Assembly: GCA_039931775.1 (NCBI GenBank)
Contig: JBDTRG010000185.1
Location: 13,337-77,336 of the forward strand
DNA length: 64,000 bases
Direction: 5' to 3'
DNA from: Betaproteobacteria bacterium
GTDB lineage: Bacteria; Pseudomonadota; Gammaproteobacteria; Burkholderiales; Casimicrobiaceae
Made by a program: the position numbers and the translations under genes. This document shows positions 27,590-39,435 of this stretch, piece by piece. The notes beneath the pieces were generated by a model. The model ran no database searches. It was given only the letters and a program-made list of their open reading frames with translations, and was not told the DNA's origin. Position 1 is the stretch's first letter. Every line of letters begins with the position of its first letter.

Positions 27590-29905
27590 TCACTTCTTCG
27601 GGGTGTCGGTCGCAGCTGCGTCCTTGACCGGCGCCATCGCGGGCGCCATCGCGGGCGCCGTCGCCGGCGCGGCGGCTGGCGCGGTTGCAGAAGCAGCCGC
27701 CGGCGTGGCCGATGGCGTGGCGGTAGCCGGCGCCATCGCGGGGGTGGCCGCTGGCGTGGTTGTAGCGGGCGCCATCGCGGGGGCGGCAACCGCCGCCGGG
27801 GCCGTCATCTTGGTCGGCATGGAGGTCGCAGCCTTCTCGGCATAGATACCGCCCAACAGCGGCACGATCATCAGCGCGACGATATTGATGATCTTGATCA
27901 ACGGATTGACCGCGGGTCCCGCGGTGTCCTTGTACGGATCGCCGACGGTGTCGCCGGTCACCGCCGCCTTGTGCGCGTCGGAGCCCTTGCCGCCGTGATG
28001 GCCGTCCTCGATGTACTTCTTCGCGTTGTCCCACGCGCCACCGCCGGTGGTCATCGAGATCGCGACGAACAGGCCGGTGATGATCGTTCCCATCAACAGG
28101 CCGCCCAGCGCCTGCGGACCGAGGGCCAGGCCCACGACGACCGGCACCAGCACCGGCAGCAGCGATGGGATGATCATCTCCTTGATCGCGGCCTTCGTCA
28201 GCATGTCGACGGCGACGCCGTACTCGGGCTTCGCCGTGCCTTCCATGATGCCCTTGATCTCCTTGAACTGCCGCCTCACCTCGACCACGACCGCGCCGGC
28301 CGCGCGTCCGACAGCTTCCATCGCCATCGCGCCGAAGAGATAGGGGATCATCCCGCCGATGAACAGACCGACAATCACTTTGTAATTCGACAGGTCGAAC
28401 GAGGCGACGATGCCCTCCGATTCGAGCGCATGCGTGTAGTCGGCGAACAGCACCAGCGCGGCGAGCCCCGCCGAGCCGATCGCATAGCCCTTGGTCACCG
28501 CCTTGGTCGTGTTGCCGACGGCGTCGAGCGGATCGGTGATGGCGCGCACCGAATCCGGCAGCTTCGCCATTTCGGCGATGCCACCCGCGTTGTCGGTGAT
28601 CGGACCGTAGGCGTCGAGCGCGACGATGATTCCCGCCATCGACAGCATCGACGTCGCGGCGATCGCGATGCCATACAGGCCGGCGAGCACAAACGACGCC
28701 CAGATCGCGATGCACACGGCGATCACCGGCAATGTGGTCGACTTCATCGACACGCCGATGCCGGCGATGATATTGGTCGCGTGGCCGGTGGTCGACGCCT
28801 GCGCGACGTGGCGCACGGGGCCGTATTCGGTGGCCGTGTAATACTCGGTGATGACGACCATCGCCGCCGTCAGCGCGAGGCCGATGAGACCGGCGCCCCA
28901 CAGATTGAGCACGGTGAGCTTCGGGTCGATCGCCGCCATGCCGCCCATCATCCGGTCGGTGATGAACCAGAAGCCGATTGCCGAGATCACGCCGGCGACG
29001 ATCAGCCCGCGATACAGCGCGTTCATGATCTTGCCGCCTTCCCTCGCCTTGACGAAATAGCAGCCGGCGATCGACGCGAGGATCGAGAATCCGCCGAGGA
29101 CCAGCGGATACGTGACGGCCGATTCGGCGGCCGCCGGCAGCAGCAGTGCGCCCAGCAGCATGGTCGCGACGATCGTCACCGCGTAGGTCTCGAACAGGTC
29201 GGCGGCCATGCCGGCGCAATCGCCGACGTTGTCGCCCACGTTGTCGGCGATCACCGCCGGATTGCGCGGGTCGTCTTCGGGAATCCCCGCCTCCACCTTG
29301 CCGACGAGGTCGGCGCCGACGTCGGCGCCCTTCGTGAAGATGCCTCCGCCCAGCCGCGCGAAGATCGAGATCAGCGAGCCGCCGAACGCGAGGCCGACGA
29401 GCGGCTGGATCGCGTGGTGCAGCCCCTCCTTCATCAGGTTCGGCGCGCCGTGCGCCGAGCCCAGCAGGAACCAGTAGAACCCGGCGACGCCGAGGAGGCC
29501 GAGCCCGACGACCAGCATCCCGGTGATCGCACCGCCGCGGAACGCCACGGCGAGCGCCTCGTTCAATCCGGTGCGCGCGGCCTCGGCGGTGCGCACGTTC
29601 GAGCGCACCGAGACATTCATCCCGATATAGCCGGCAAGGCCCGACAGGATCGCGCCGACGGCAAAGCCGCCGGCGGTTGCCCCGCCTAGCGCCCACCAGA
29701 TGACGACGAACAGAAGCGCCCCGACGATGCCGATCGTCAGATATTGGCGGTTGAGGTAGGCCTGCGCGCCGGCCTGGATGGCGGCGGCGATTTCGCGCAT
29801 CCGGTCGTTGCCGGCCGGCTTGGCCATGATCCAGCTGATGGAAACGATCCCGTAGACGATCGCGGCTACCGCGCAGATGAGCGCGAAGATGACCCCGTTG
29901 GACAT
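27590..29905 (-). CDS. hppA: K+-independent H+-translocating pyrophosphatase with Ala/Pro-rich C-terminal extension
   Basis: [12 protein letters not shown] and [13 protein letters not shown] motifs. The Lys in GNTTKA marks the K+-independent type. Start MSNGVIFAL has GGGAGAG upstream. The last roughly 88 aa are low-complexity (APAMAP repeats). Confidence 0.95.
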   Translation of the reverse strand: MSNGVIFALICAVAAIVYGIVSISWIMAKPAGNDRMREIAAAIQAGAQAYLNRQYLTIGIVGALLFVVIWWALGGATAGGFAVGAILSGLAGYIGMNVSVRSNVRTAEAARTGLNEALAVAFRGGAITGMLVVGLGLLGVAGFYWFLLGSAHGAPNLMKEGLHHAIQPLVGLAFGGSLISIFARLGGGIFTKGADVGADLVGKVEAGIPEDDPRNPAVIADNVGDNVGDCAGMAADLFETYAVTIVATMLLGALLLPAAAESAVTYPLVLGGFSILASIAGCYFVKAREGGKIMNALYRGLIVAGVISAIGFWFITDRMMGGMAAIDPKLTVLNLWGAGLIGLALTAAMVVITEYYTATEYGPVRHVAQASTTGHATNIIAGIGVSMKSTTLPVIAVCIAIWASFVLAGLYGIAIAATSMLSMAGIIVALDAYGPITDNAGGIAEMAKLPDSVRAITDPLDAVGNTTKAVTKGYAIGSAGLAALVLFADYTHALESEGIVASFDLSNYKVIVGLFIGGMIPYLFGAMAMEAVGRAAGAVVVEVRRQFKEIKGIMEGTAKPEYGVAVDMLTKAAIKEMIIPSLLPVLVPVVVGLALGPQALGGLLMGTIITGLFVAISMTTGGGAWDNAKKYIEDGHHGGKGSDAHKAAVTGDTVGDPYKDTAGPAVNPLIKIINIVALMIVPLLGGIYAEKAATSMPTKMTAPAAVAAPAMAPATTTPAATPAMAPATATPSATPAAASATAPAAAPATAPAMAPAMAPVKDAAATDTPKK

Positions 29906-30156
29906 GGTGACTCTCCCTAACCCATTAAAGAATGGCAACGAGCCGTAGCGGAAGCGCGGCGCGGGCCTGTGCTCGGCCCGTCAGCCGTAGCGCATTCATG
30001 AAAGCTTCCCGAATGGCGCCTTCGCGTTCCCACGGCATCGGCGCCCACCCTGCAAGCCGGGGCGCCGCCCCGAAACACGCCATTGTGCCAGCTTGGACCC
30101 TCCGAAGTCGAGCCGCCCGGCCACCGAAACGGCGGGCCGATGCGCCATCGACGCCT

Positions 30157-31440
30157 TCAGACCTTGAAATCCGTAGTCAGCTTCTTCGGCACGGGGACAT
30201 TCTTGAGCCGCACGTAGTGCGGCAATCCGTCCTTGAACGGCGGGTAGTCCTCGCCGCGGATCAGCGGCGCGAGATAGGCGCGCGCTTTGGCGGTGATTCC
30301 ATATCCGTCCCGCGTGATGAAATCACGCGGCAGTTTTTTTTCGACGTTGGCGACTTTCTCGAGGGAAACGCCTTCGATCTTCCAGCGGTACGGCTTGTCG
30401 GATGTGCGCAGGATCGCCGGCATCACGGCATTCTTGCCCGCGAGCGCAAGCAGGACGGCGGCCTTTCCGACGGCGTAGCTGTGGTCGAGGTCGGTCTTCG
30501 ACGCAAGGTGCCGCGCCGCGCGCTGCAGGTAGTCGGCGACCGCCCAGTGAAACTTGTAGCCGAGGCGATCGCCGAGGATGGCGGCGATCATCGGTCCGAC
30601 GCCGCCCAGTTGCGCATGTCCGAAGGCGTCCTTCGTCCCGGTGTCCGCCATCAGCTTCCCCGCCGCGTTCTTCAATCCCTCCGACACCCCGACGCAGCAG
30701 TAGCCGTGACGCTTCACGCGCGCCTCGACCGCGGCGACGAACTTCGGCTCGTCGAAGGCAATCTCCGGGAACAGCAGCAACAGCGGGATCGGCGTGTCGG
30801 CATCATCGGCCATCCCCACGGCCGCGGTGATCCAGCCGGCATGGCGACCCATCACCTCGAGAACGAAGACCTTCGTCGACGTCCTGGCCATCGACGCGAC
30901 GTCGAACGCCGCCTCGCGCATCGACGTCGCGACATACTTCGCCACCGAACCGAAGCCCGGGCAGTTGTCGGTGACCGCGAGATCGTTGTCGACGGTCTTT
31001 GGCACGTGCACGGCGATCAGAGGGTACCCCAGTCGCTGCGATATCTGCGACACCTTGAGGCAGGTGTCGGCGGAATCGTTGCCTCCGTTGTAGAAGAAAT
31101 AGCCGATGTCGTGCGCGCGAAAGACCTCGATGAGCCGCTCGTACTGCGCGCGGCTCTCGTCCAGGCCTTTGAGCTTGTAGCGGCAGGAGCCGAACGCACC
31201 CGACGGCGTGTGCATCAGTGCGGCGATGTCGCGCGCGCTGTCGCGGCTCGTGTCGATCAGGTCCTCGGTCAGCGCGCCGATGATGCCGTTGCGCCCGGCA
31301 TAGACCTTGCCGATCCGGTCGCGGTTGGCGCGCGCCGTTTCGATGACACCCGCGGCGCTCGCATTGATCACGGCGGTGACGCCGCCCGATTGGGCATAGA
31401 AGGCATTTCGTCGGGTCGCAACTCGCATGTTGTGATCCAT
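30157..31440 (-). CDS. pfp: pyrophosphate-dependent 6-phosphofructokinase
   Basis: PFK fold FYAQSGGVTAVINAS. GGNDS carries Asp where ATP-PFKs have Gly. PKTVDNDL carries Lys where ATP-PFKs have Gly. These are the two positions known to discriminate PPi from ATP. Confidence 0.9.
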   Translation of the reverse strand: MDHNMRVATRRNAFYAQSGGVTAVINASAAGVIETARANRDRIGKVYAGRNGIIGALTEDLIDTSRDSARDIAALMHTPSGAFGSCRYKLKGLDESRAQYERLIEVFRAHDIGYFFYNGGNDSADTCLKVSQISQRLGYPLIAVHVPKTVDNDLAVTDNCPGFGSVAKYVATSMREAAFDVASMARTSTKVFVLEVMGRHAGWITAAVGMADDADTPIPLLLLFPEIAFDEPKFVAAVEARVKRHGYCCVGVSEGLKNAAGKLMADTGTKDAFGHAQLGGVGPMIAAILGDRLGYKFHWAVADYLQRAARHLASKTDLDHSYAVGKAAVLLALAGKNAVMPAILRTSDKPYRWKIEGVSLEKVANVEKKLPRDFITRDGYGITAKARAYLAPLIRGEDYPPFKDGLPHYVRLKNVPVPKKLTTDFKV

Positions 31441-31523
31441 CCTCGATCAGTTTTGTGAATAGAGTTCGCGATCAGCGCGAACGCTGGAAGCGCCGGCGTG
31501 CCCGTGTCGAAACCCCGACCGCA

Positions 31524-32339
31524 TTACAGATCGGCATTCGCGACGCCGATCCGGTCCGCGACTTCGGCGAGACGCACCGGATCGCACTTCGCGCGGACTT
31601 CTTCGGGTTTCGTCGCGACAAACGTCGCATGCACGCCAACCTTCGTGTCCCAGCGGTCCGGAAGATGCGCGCGGTGCTTGTCCTCGAACCGGCGCCGATA
31701 CTTTTGCCACACGTCATCGAATGTGCCCATCGACTGGTGGATCAGCACGAGGTCGCGGCACACGGCCAGCGCGAATCCCATCTGGTACGCCCGAAACGAA
31801 AAATCGAGATCATACAGATGGAAGTGATCGAAGGCCGCCTCGTCGAACGGGATCGACACGGCAACCGCGCGGCGCATGGCCATGAACACGCCGTCCAGCG
31901 CCTGGATCCGGGGCACCACCAACGGGCCCCCGCCCTGGAGCACGGTCACGTACTGGCCTGTCTCGCGATTTGGTGTGCTTATCAGCACGAACACATGCGG
32001 ATCGCCGGCGAGTTCCCACTTGCCGGTGACGAGCCGCGTCGTCCCGGCGACCCCGATCAGGTCGAATTGCGCAAGGTGCTGATCGAGCCGTTCCGCGAAG
32101 TCGGTTGTCAGGATCTCGATGTCGTCGTGCGAAAGGATGATGTGATCGAAGCGGGCCTGCGCGATTCCCCGGTTGTAGCCTTCGGCGAGCGAACGCGCGT
32201 CGTGGATACCGATGATCTCGATCTCGCGCGGGCCGTACAGCACCCGGTAATTGTCGGTGACGCGCGCGAACTTCGCGGCGTCGATGCTGCAGATGACGAT
32301 CGAAACCGGAACGGCGCTGGCGTTGGTCATCGTCTGCAT
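31524..32339 (-). CDS. GT-A fold glycosyltransferase-like protein
   Basis: VSIVICSID...GYNRG...ILSHDDIEI (DxD-like), resembling the Glyco_tranf_2_5-type family. Function unknown. Confidence 0.6.
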   Translation of the reverse strand: MQTMTNASAVPVSIVICSIDAAKFARVTDNYRVLYGPREIEIIGIHDARSLAEGYNRGIAQARFDHIILSHDDIEILTTDFAERLDQHLAQFDLIGVAGTTRLVTGKWELAGDPHVFVLISTPNRETGQYVTVLQGGGPLVVPRIQALDGVFMAMRRAVAVSIPFDEAAFDHFHLYDLDFSFRAYQMGFALAVCRDLVLIHQSMGTFDDVWQKYRRRFEDKHRAHLPDRWDTKVGVHATFVATKPEEVRAKCDPVRLAEVADRIGVANADL

Positions 32340-32418
32340 CCGTCACCCATGGGGGGTCGCGCCGCGCCAGGCATCGGACCCCGTTCCCCGCGACACGGCG
32401 AGGGGTCGCGCCCGCGCG

Positions 32419-33186
<768 letters not shown>

Positions 33187-33200
33187 TCAATTGCGCAGGG

Positions 33201-33968
33201 TCAAACTTTCCCCGATGCAAAGATGGTGCGCACGCGTTCGAGGTCCGCGGGCGTGTCCACGCCGGGCGCCGGCGTACCGGAGGTGATCTCGACCACGATG
33301 CGGAATCCGTGCCACAGCGCGCGCAACTGCTCGAGGGCCTCGAAGCGCTCGATCGACGCCGGCGCGAGCGCCGGATAGGCGCGAAGAAAGGCAACGCGGT
33401 ACGCGTAGAGTCCGTAATGGCGATAGATCGGCAGCCCCTCGGGAACCGCGCGCTGATCGGCAGCGAATCCATCTCGAGCCCAAGGTATCGTCGCACGGCT
33501 GAAATAGAGCGCGTACTGCCGATGATCGAGCACGACCTTGACCACGTTCGGATTGAATACCTCGGCGGGATCGGTGATCGCGTGGCAGGCGGTTGCGATC
33601 GCCGCGTCGGGATGCGTTTCGAGCAGGTCGGCCATCGCCCTCATCAGCGCCGGCGCCAGCAGCGGCTCGTCGCCCTGCACATTGACCACGATCGCATCGT
33701 CCTTCATCCCGAGAAGCTTCGCGGCCTCCGCCAATCGGTCCGTTCCGTTCGCATGGTCGCTGCGCGTCAGGCAGGCCTCGATGCCGTGGGCCTCGACCGC
33801 CGTCAGGATCCGGACATCGTCGGTCGCTACAACGACGCGCGCCGCGCCCGCCTGCTGCGCGCGCAGCGCGACTTGCACGACCATCGGCTTTCCGGCGATG
33901 TCCGCGAGGGGCTTGCCCGGAAGCCGTGTCGACGCATGGCGCGCCGGAATGATGACGGTGAAGGTCAT
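33201..33968 (-). CDS. kdsB: 3-deoxy-manno-octulosonate cytidylyltransferase
   Basis: [17 protein letters not shown] and VNVQGDEP motifs. Confidence 0.95.
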   Translation of the reverse strand: MTFTVIIPARHASTRLPGKPLADIAGKPMVVQVALRAQQAGAARVVVATDDVRILTAVEAHGIEACLTRSDHANGTDRLAEAAKLLGMKDDAIVVNVQGDEPLLAPALMRAMADLLETHPDAAIATACHAITDPAEVFNPNVVKVVLDHRQYALYFSRATIPWARDGFAADQRAVPEGLPIYRHYGLYAYRVAFLRAYPALAPASIERFEALEQLRALWHGFRIVVEITSGTPAPGVDTPADLERVRTIFASGKV

Positions 33969-34107
33969 GGAGCGATGGCCCGGGCGTCACCTGCCGCGCT
34001 CACTACTAGCGGCCTCGGCATCGGTTTACGAGCATTGCGCGTTTCGTTGTCGGCCGCCTCGGTCGCGCGGCGACGCGCCCTTCGGGCCTGGGCTTCGCCC
34101 GCCGCGC

Positions 34108-34287
34108 TCACTCGAATTCATGTGGCTCGAGCTTGCGCGCCTCGTCTTCGAGCATCACCGGAATGTCGTCGCGGATCGGATACGCGAGCCGCGCCGATTT
34201 GGAGATCAGTTCCTGCTTGTCCTTGTCGTAGACAAGCGGGCCCTTGGTGACCGGGCAAACCAGGATTTCAAGCAGTTTGGGATCCAC
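34108..34287 (-). CDS. Trm112/YcaR (UPF0434) family small protein
   Basis: Not in the ORF track (59 aa). My translation is (M)[58 protein letters not shown]. It has a GTG start with GAGGAA upstream. It sits in the conserved lpxK-ycaR-kdsB position. Confidence 0.75.
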   Translation of the reverse strand: MDPKLLEILVCPVTKGPLVYDKDKQELISKSARLAYPIRDDIPVMLEDEARKLEPHEFE

Positions 34288-35293
34288 GGAGGCGTTCCTC
34301 GATCAGCGTGACGAGCGCGTCGTCGACGCGGGCATGAACGGGCAGGTACCAGCACCGTTCGTCGGCGAACGCTTCGCATTTTACCGCGTCCTTCTCGGTC
34401 ATCAATATCGATCGCGCGCCGACGAACGCGAGATCCGCGGGGACGAAGCGGTGGTGGTCAGGAAACGCATGCGGAATCGCTTCGATTCCCATCGCGCCGA
34501 GTTGGCGGAAGAATCGCGCCGGGTTGCCGATCCCCGCGACCGCGTGGACGTGCGCGCCGGCGAACGACGGCGCTGAGGTCGTGACCCGCGCATCGCCGAC
34601 ACGCGCGAAGGTCCCGGCAGCGAGGGTCATCGTGAACGCGCATTCCGTCGCCGGCGTCGGTTCGCCGCCGCCGCCGTCGCGAAGCGTCACAACGGCGTCG
34701 ACCTCGTCGAGCCGCGATTCGGGCTCGCGCAGCGGACCCGCCGGCAACAGCCATCCGTTGCCGAGCGCCCGCGCAGCATCGACGACGGCGATTTCGAACC
34801 GACGAGGCAGCCGGTAGTGTTGCAGGCCGTCGTCCGCGAGGATCACGTCGCACGCCGGATTCCGCACGAGCAACTCGCGGGCCGCGGCAACACGATCGCG
34901 CGCGACGACCACGGGATAGCCAGCGCGAGCGAGCAGCAGCGGCTCGTCGCCGACCCGCCCCGGATCATCGCCGGCGACGACAGCGATCGGCGCGCCGTCA
35001 CCGGGGTTGCGGCCAAAGCCGCGGCTGACGATGCCCGGCTGATAACCACGCTCGCGGAGCGCGCGGGCAAGCGCGGCGACGAGCGGGGTCTTGCCGCTGC
35101 CTCCGACGGTGATGTTGCCGACGACGACGACCGGAACGGGAAGCCGGGCCGCGGAAAGGATCCCGACCCGGTACAGCGCGCGCCGCAGCGCCACGCCCGT
35201 CCGGAAGACCAGCGAAAACGGCCAGAGCAGGATCGTGACCGGCGAGGGTCGCGGCGAGTACCAGAGGGCGACGAGGCGATCGGCAAGCGTCAT
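34268..35293 (-). CDS. lpxK: tetraacyldisaccharide 4'-kinase
   Basis: [15 protein letters not shown]-loop, 341 aa. Confidence 0.9.
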   Translation of the reverse strand: MTLADRLVALWYSPRPSPVTILLWPFSLVFRTGVALRRALYRVGILSAARLPVPVVVVGNITVGGSGKTPLVAALARALRERGYQPGIVSRGFGRNPGDGAPIAVVAGDDPGRVGDEPLLLARAGYPVVVARDRVAAARELLVRNPACDVILADDGLQHYRLPRRFEIAVVDAARALGNGWLLPAGPLREPESRLDEVDAVVTLRDGGGGEPTPATECAFTMTLAAGTFARVGDARVTTSAPSFAGAHVHAVAGIGNPARFFRQLGAMGIEAIPHAFPDHHRFVPADLAFVGARSILMTEKDAVKCEAFADERCWYLPVHARVDDALVTLIEERLRGSQTA

Positions 35294-35325
35294 CGCGGTT
35301 GCGCTCGCGCGAGCGCGTCAGCCGA

Positions 35326-35748
35326 TCACTTGGGCGCCGGAGACTGCGTCGCGAACGTGATGTGGATGTAACCCGCCATACGGGCGGCTTCCATCACGTG
35401 GATCACCGATTGGTGCGTCGCGTTGGCATCCGCGTTGATGATGACAACGGGCTCCTTCGCATCGCCCGCAACTTTCTTGAGCGTGTCGGCCAGCGCGGCG
35501 GCCGTCGTGAACGTGAACACCGTACGGTCGATCACGTAGCGCCCCTGCGAATCGATGCCGACGTTGATCTCCTTCGGACGCTGCTTCAACTGGTCCGCGT
35601 CCGCTTCCGGCAGCGTGATCTGCAGCTCGGCGACGCGCTGGTACGTCGTCGTCACCATCAGGAAGATGAGGATGACGAGCAGCACGTCGATCAACGGGAT
35701 GAAATTGATCTCGGGGTCGTCCCTCGTCCGGGTGCCGCGCAGGTTCAT
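35326..35748 (-). CDS. exbD: ExbD/TolR biopolymer transport protein
   Basis: EINFIPLIDVLLVILIFLMV TM segment plus a periplasmic domain, 140 aa. Confidence 0.9.
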   Translation of the reverse strand: MNLRGTRTRDDPEINFIPLIDVLLVILIFLMVTTTYQRVAELQITLPEADADQLKQRPKEINVGIDSQGRYVIDRTVFTFTTAAALADTLKKVAGDAKEPVVIINADANATHQSVIHVMEAARMAGYIHITFATQSPAPK

Positions 35749-35758
35749 GTGGGCCGTT

Positions 35759-36364
35759 CTACCTGCGTTCGCCCTGGGCGAAGTCCACGAGCTTCATCGC
35801 CTGCTGCTCCATCTCGACGACCAGGCTGTCGACGGTCGCGCGGAAATGGCGGTAGAAGATCATGCTCGGGATCGCCACGATCAGGCCGAACGCCGTGTTG
35901 TACAGCGCGACCGAGATGCCGTGCGCGAGCTGGATCGGGTTCGACCCCGCGGCGGTCTGCGAGCCGAAGATCTCGATCATGCCGACCACCGTGCCGAAGA
36001 GCCCGAGCAGGGGCGCCATCGCCGCGATCGTGCCGAGCGTCGTGAGGAAACGCTCGAGATCGTGCGTGACGACGCGCCCGACGTCCTCGATGACTTCCTT
36101 GATCACGGCCCGCGGGCTCTTGATGTTGGCGAGTCCGGCCGCGAGGATCCTGCCGAGCGGTCCCTGCTGTGCCGTTCGGGTGACGAGTTCCGGCGTCGCG
36201 CCATTCTGGCGGTATTCGGTCAGCACGCGGTCGACGAGGCCCGCGGGTGCCACCACACTTTGCCGCAAAGACCAAAGGCGCTCGAAAATCAACGCCAGGG
36301 CGACGACCGACGCGAATATCAGCGGCCAGATCGGCCAGCCGGCTGCTTGAACGATGGACCACAC
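35759..36364 (-). CDS. exbB: MotA/TolQ/ExbB proton-channel protein
   Basis: LGTIAAMAPLLGLFGTVVGMI signature. The probable GTG start (VWSIVQAAGW) lies inside track ORF 35759..36466. Confidence 0.85.
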   Translation of the reverse strand: MWSIVQAAGWPIWPLIFASVVALALIFERLWSLRQSVVAPAGLVDRVLTEYRQNGATPELVTRTAQQGPLGRILAAGLANIKSPRAVIKEVIEDVGRVVTHDLERFLTTLGTIAAMAPLLGLFGTVVGMIEIFGSQTAAGSNPIQLAHGISVALYNTAFGLIVAIPSMIFYRHFRATVDSLVVEMEQQAMKLVDFAQGERR

Positions 36365-36514
36365 GGTGGGAAAGCCCCTTCGCGAAAAGTTGCCCGCAAT
36401 GTAGCTTGGTCGACGTGATTCGGCAAGCGGCGATGCGGCGCGGACCGAATCGCCGCCGCGATACAAATCGGCGTACGCCCCCGACTCCGGTCGAACTTCC
36501 TGGCGGTGGTCGCG

Positions 36515-37375
36515 TCAGGATCGGCGCGCGTTCATCCCGCGGCGCGGCGCCGCATCGGGCGGCAGCGTCAGCGTCGCGGTGATCGCGGCGCCCGCCAGCA
36601 CGATCAGCCAGCAGACGTAGATCCAGATCAGGAAGACGGGGAGCGCGGCAAGCGCGCCGTAGACGAGCTCGTACGTCGGGACATGGGTCAGGTAGAACGC
36701 GAAACCCTGCTTCGCGCCCTCGAACGCGAGCGCGGCGAGAATTCCCGCGGCGAACGCGTGACGCCAGGGGACGTGCCGTGCCGGAACGATCTCGTAGAGG
36801 AGCGCCAGCGCCAGCGTCGAGAAGACGAGAGGCAGCAGCGGAACGACGATCGGGGAAAGCGCCCCGTGCAGCGGCACGGCGTCGAGCGATTGCGTGACAA
36901 GCCACGTCGACACGGAGATGCTCGCCCCGACCAGGACCGGCCCGACGGTGGTTCCGACGGCGTAGATGAATAGCCTCCGCACGAGCGGCCGGGCCCGCGT
37001 GACGCCCCATAGCGCGTTGATCTCGCGTTCGACCGTCCCGATCAGCATCGCCGCGGTGAAGACGATGAACATGATAGAGATGCCGGTGAGTCCCGCCGCC
37101 TTTTCGGTGAACTCGCGGATGTGCGTGTGGACGACGGCGTAGGCGGTATCCGGCAGCATGTGCCTCAGCAGGAAGGTCTCGAGCGTATCGAGCCACCGAT
37201 GAAACACCGGGAAACGGGCGACGAACTCGAGCGCGACGGTGGCGAGCGGAACGAGTCCGAGCAGCGTCGTGAACGCAAGGCTGCCGGCGGCGCGCGCGAG
37301 GCCGATCTGCCGCGTCCGGGCCGCCACGCGACGCACAAACCCGACGAGATCCACGACGGCTTCGAGCAGCCTCAT
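36515..37375 (-). CDS. YihY/BrkB-family membrane protein
   Basis: GSLAFTTLLGLVPL signature and six TM segments. Confidence 0.85.
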   Translation of the reverse strand: MRLLEAVVDLVGFVRRVAARTRQIGLARAAGSLAFTTLLGLVPLATVALEFVARFPVFHRWLDTLETFLLRHMLPDTAYAVVHTHIREFTEKAAGLTGISIMFIVFTAAMLIGTVEREINALWGVTRARPLVRRLFIYAVGTTVGPVLVGASISVSTWLVTQSLDAVPLHGALSPIVVPLLPLVFSTLALALLYEIVPARHVPWRHAFAAGILAALAFEGAKQGFAFYLTHVPTYELVYGALAALPVFLIWIYVCWLIVLAGAAITATLTLPPDAAPRRGMNARRS

Positions 37376-37427
37376 GATCGCGGTTCAATCCCTGGCGGGA
37401 GCGTGAATTCTCGCATCGACCCACCGC

Positions 37428-38594
37428 CTAACCGCGTCCTCCGCGGTGGGCGACGAATCCGCCGGTCACGAGGCACGCGCCAACCGACCAGAACACCGGA
37501 CCGATGCCGACGGACGCGCCGACAGCGCCCAACGCCAGGGGAACGCCGACCGCCATTACGTTGACGAGCGACATCCGCACCCCCGCCGCCTCGCCGAGGC
37601 GCCCCGGCGGCGCATGCGTATGCAGCAGCGACAGGACCATCGGCTGGCTGCTGCCGAGCCCGAGTCCGAGTACGAACGACAGGCAAAGGAGGCCGAGCAC
37701 ATTGGTCGAGAACGGAAACACCAGGTAGACGGCGCCGGCGACGAACAGCGCCGCCGTCAGGACCTGCTGCTCGCTCATCCGCCTGGAAATCGCCCGCATC
37801 GAAAAACGGACGACGAAAGTTGCCGCGGCGAACGATGAAAGCACCGACCCGATTTCGGAGGCGGTGAGCCCGATCTTCGCGCCATAGATCGGCACGAAGA
37901 CCGAGTGGAGGTCCCAGCCGGCCGACAGCAGCGCGTTGATCAGGAAGACGCGACGCAAGGTCCGATGACGCAGCAGCGTGAGCACGCCGCCGTGGTGCGC
38001 CGCCCCGACGTGCGCATGAGCGGAAGGAAGGACCAGCTTGCCGCTGGCGAGGACCGTCAGCGGGATCAGCGGGATCACCGCGAAGATCGCAAACGCCGCG
38101 CGGAACCCGAAACGGTCGATCGCGAATCCGGCGATGAGCGGGCCGATGAACCCCGAGACCGAGAAGCCGAGCGCCAGCAGCGTGAAGTTGCGCGTTCTCG
38201 ACGGCCCGCCACCGAGTTCGCCGGTCGCGTTCTGCGCGGCGATCTGAAAGGCCATGAACCCGACGCCCAGCAGCAACGCGCCGGCGAAAAGCGACGGCAT
38301 TCCCGGAAACGCGACCGGCAGCGTCGCGCCGATAGCGATGACGGCCGAACCGGCGAGCATCGGCCGGCGCGTTCCGATGCGGTCCGAGACCCGGCCCGCG
38401 GCGACGGAGAGCACCATCGGCAACAGCGCGAACAGCGACATCAGCACGCCGACCGTGAACGCGGAGGCGCCCATCGACAGCGCGTCGAGCGATACGATCA
38501 CGCGGCTGCCGTTCAAGACCGCGTGGTTCGCGATCGCGAGCAGGACCAGCAAGGCGAGCTTGCGCGCGTCGCCATCCATGGTTTCCTTCACCAT
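37428..38594 (-). CDS. MFS transporter
   Basis: Twelve TM helices. GRVSDRIGTRRP loop 2-3 motif. Confidence 0.85.
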   Translation of the reverse strand: MVKETMDGDARKLALLVLLAIANHAVLNGSRVIVSLDALSMGASAFTVGVLMSLFALLPMVLSVAAGRVSDRIGTRRPMLAGSAVIAIGATLPVAFPGMPSLFAGALLLGVGFMAFQIAAQNATGELGGGPSRTRNFTLLALGFSVSGFIGPLIAGFAIDRFGFRAAFAIFAVIPLIPLTVLASGKLVLPSAHAHVGAAHHGGVLTLLRHRTLRRVFLINALLSAGWDLHSVFVPIYGAKIGLTASEIGSVLSSFAAATFVVRFSMRAISRRMSEQQVLTAALFVAGAVYLVFPFSTNVLGLLCLSFVLGLGLGSSQPMVLSLLHTHAPPGRLGEAAGVRMSLVNVMAVGVPLALGAVGASVGIGPVFWSVGACLVTGGFVAHRGGRG

Positions 38595-38700
38595 GCGACC
38601 CTGCCGCCGACGCCGGTTCCGCCTCGGACCTCGCGCGGTTGCCGGTTCGAAGGGGCGCCGGCCGGTTGATCACGGCCGGGCAAGCGCCTCGGGATGCGGC

Positions 38701-39351
38701 TCACGGAGCCAACCGTTCGACGACCCACGCGTCGCGACGCGCCTCTTCCCGCCGATATCGGATGCGATCGTGCAGCCGCGAACTGCGTCCCTGCCAGAAC
38801 TCGATCGAGTCGGGAGCAAGCCGGTAGCCGCCCCAATGCGGCGGGCAGGGGACGGCGGAGCTCGCGTCGCGGTACCGGTCCAGGACGGCGGAAAAACGCG
38901 CTTCAAGCGCGGCGCGCCCGGCGATGCTCTCGCTTTGCGGCGAGGCCCACGCGCCGAGTTGCGATTGTCGCGGGCGTTGCGCGAAATAGGCGGCCGAGTC
39001 CGCGGGCTCCATGCGGCTCACGGCGCCCTCGATGCGTACCTGCCGCTCGAGATCCGGCCAGAAGAAAAGCAGCGCGCCCCAGGGCCCGGCATCGAGTTCG
39101 CGGCCCTTGCGGCTCGCGTAGTTGGTGAAAAACGCGAATCCGCGCTCGTCGAACTCCTTCAGGAGCACGATGCGCGCCGAAGGCCGGCCGTCGGCTCCGG
39201 CGGTGGCGAGCGTCATCGCATTGGGTTCCGTCAATTGCGACTTCAACGCTTCCCCGAACCATCGCTCGAACTGGCGCATCGGGTCCGGCTCGACGCTTTC
39301 CTCGTCGAGCGTCGCCCGCATGTATTCGGTGCGGAGGTCGGCGATTTTCAC
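38701..39351 (-). CDS. pdxH: pyridoxamine 5'-phosphate oxidase
   Basis: [19 protein letters not shown]...[14 protein letters not shown] signature. Confidence 0.95.
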   Translation of the reverse strand: MKIADLRTEYMRATLDEESVEPDPMRQFERWFGEALKSQLTEPNAMTLATAGADGRPSARIVLLKEFDERGFAFFTNYASRKGRELDAGPWGALLFFWPDLERQVRIEGAVSRMEPADSAAYFAQRPRQSQLGAWASPQSESIAGRAALEARFSAVLDRYRDASSAVPCPPHWGGYRLAPDSIEFWQGRSSRLHDRIRYRREEARRDAWVVERLAP

Positions 39352-39435
39352 TGGGAGCGGCGCGGCGCCGACGGTCGCGGCGCGGCGCGGCAGGCATCGA
39401 TTCTACCTCGTTCGCCGGGCGCGCTTGACGCGGGG

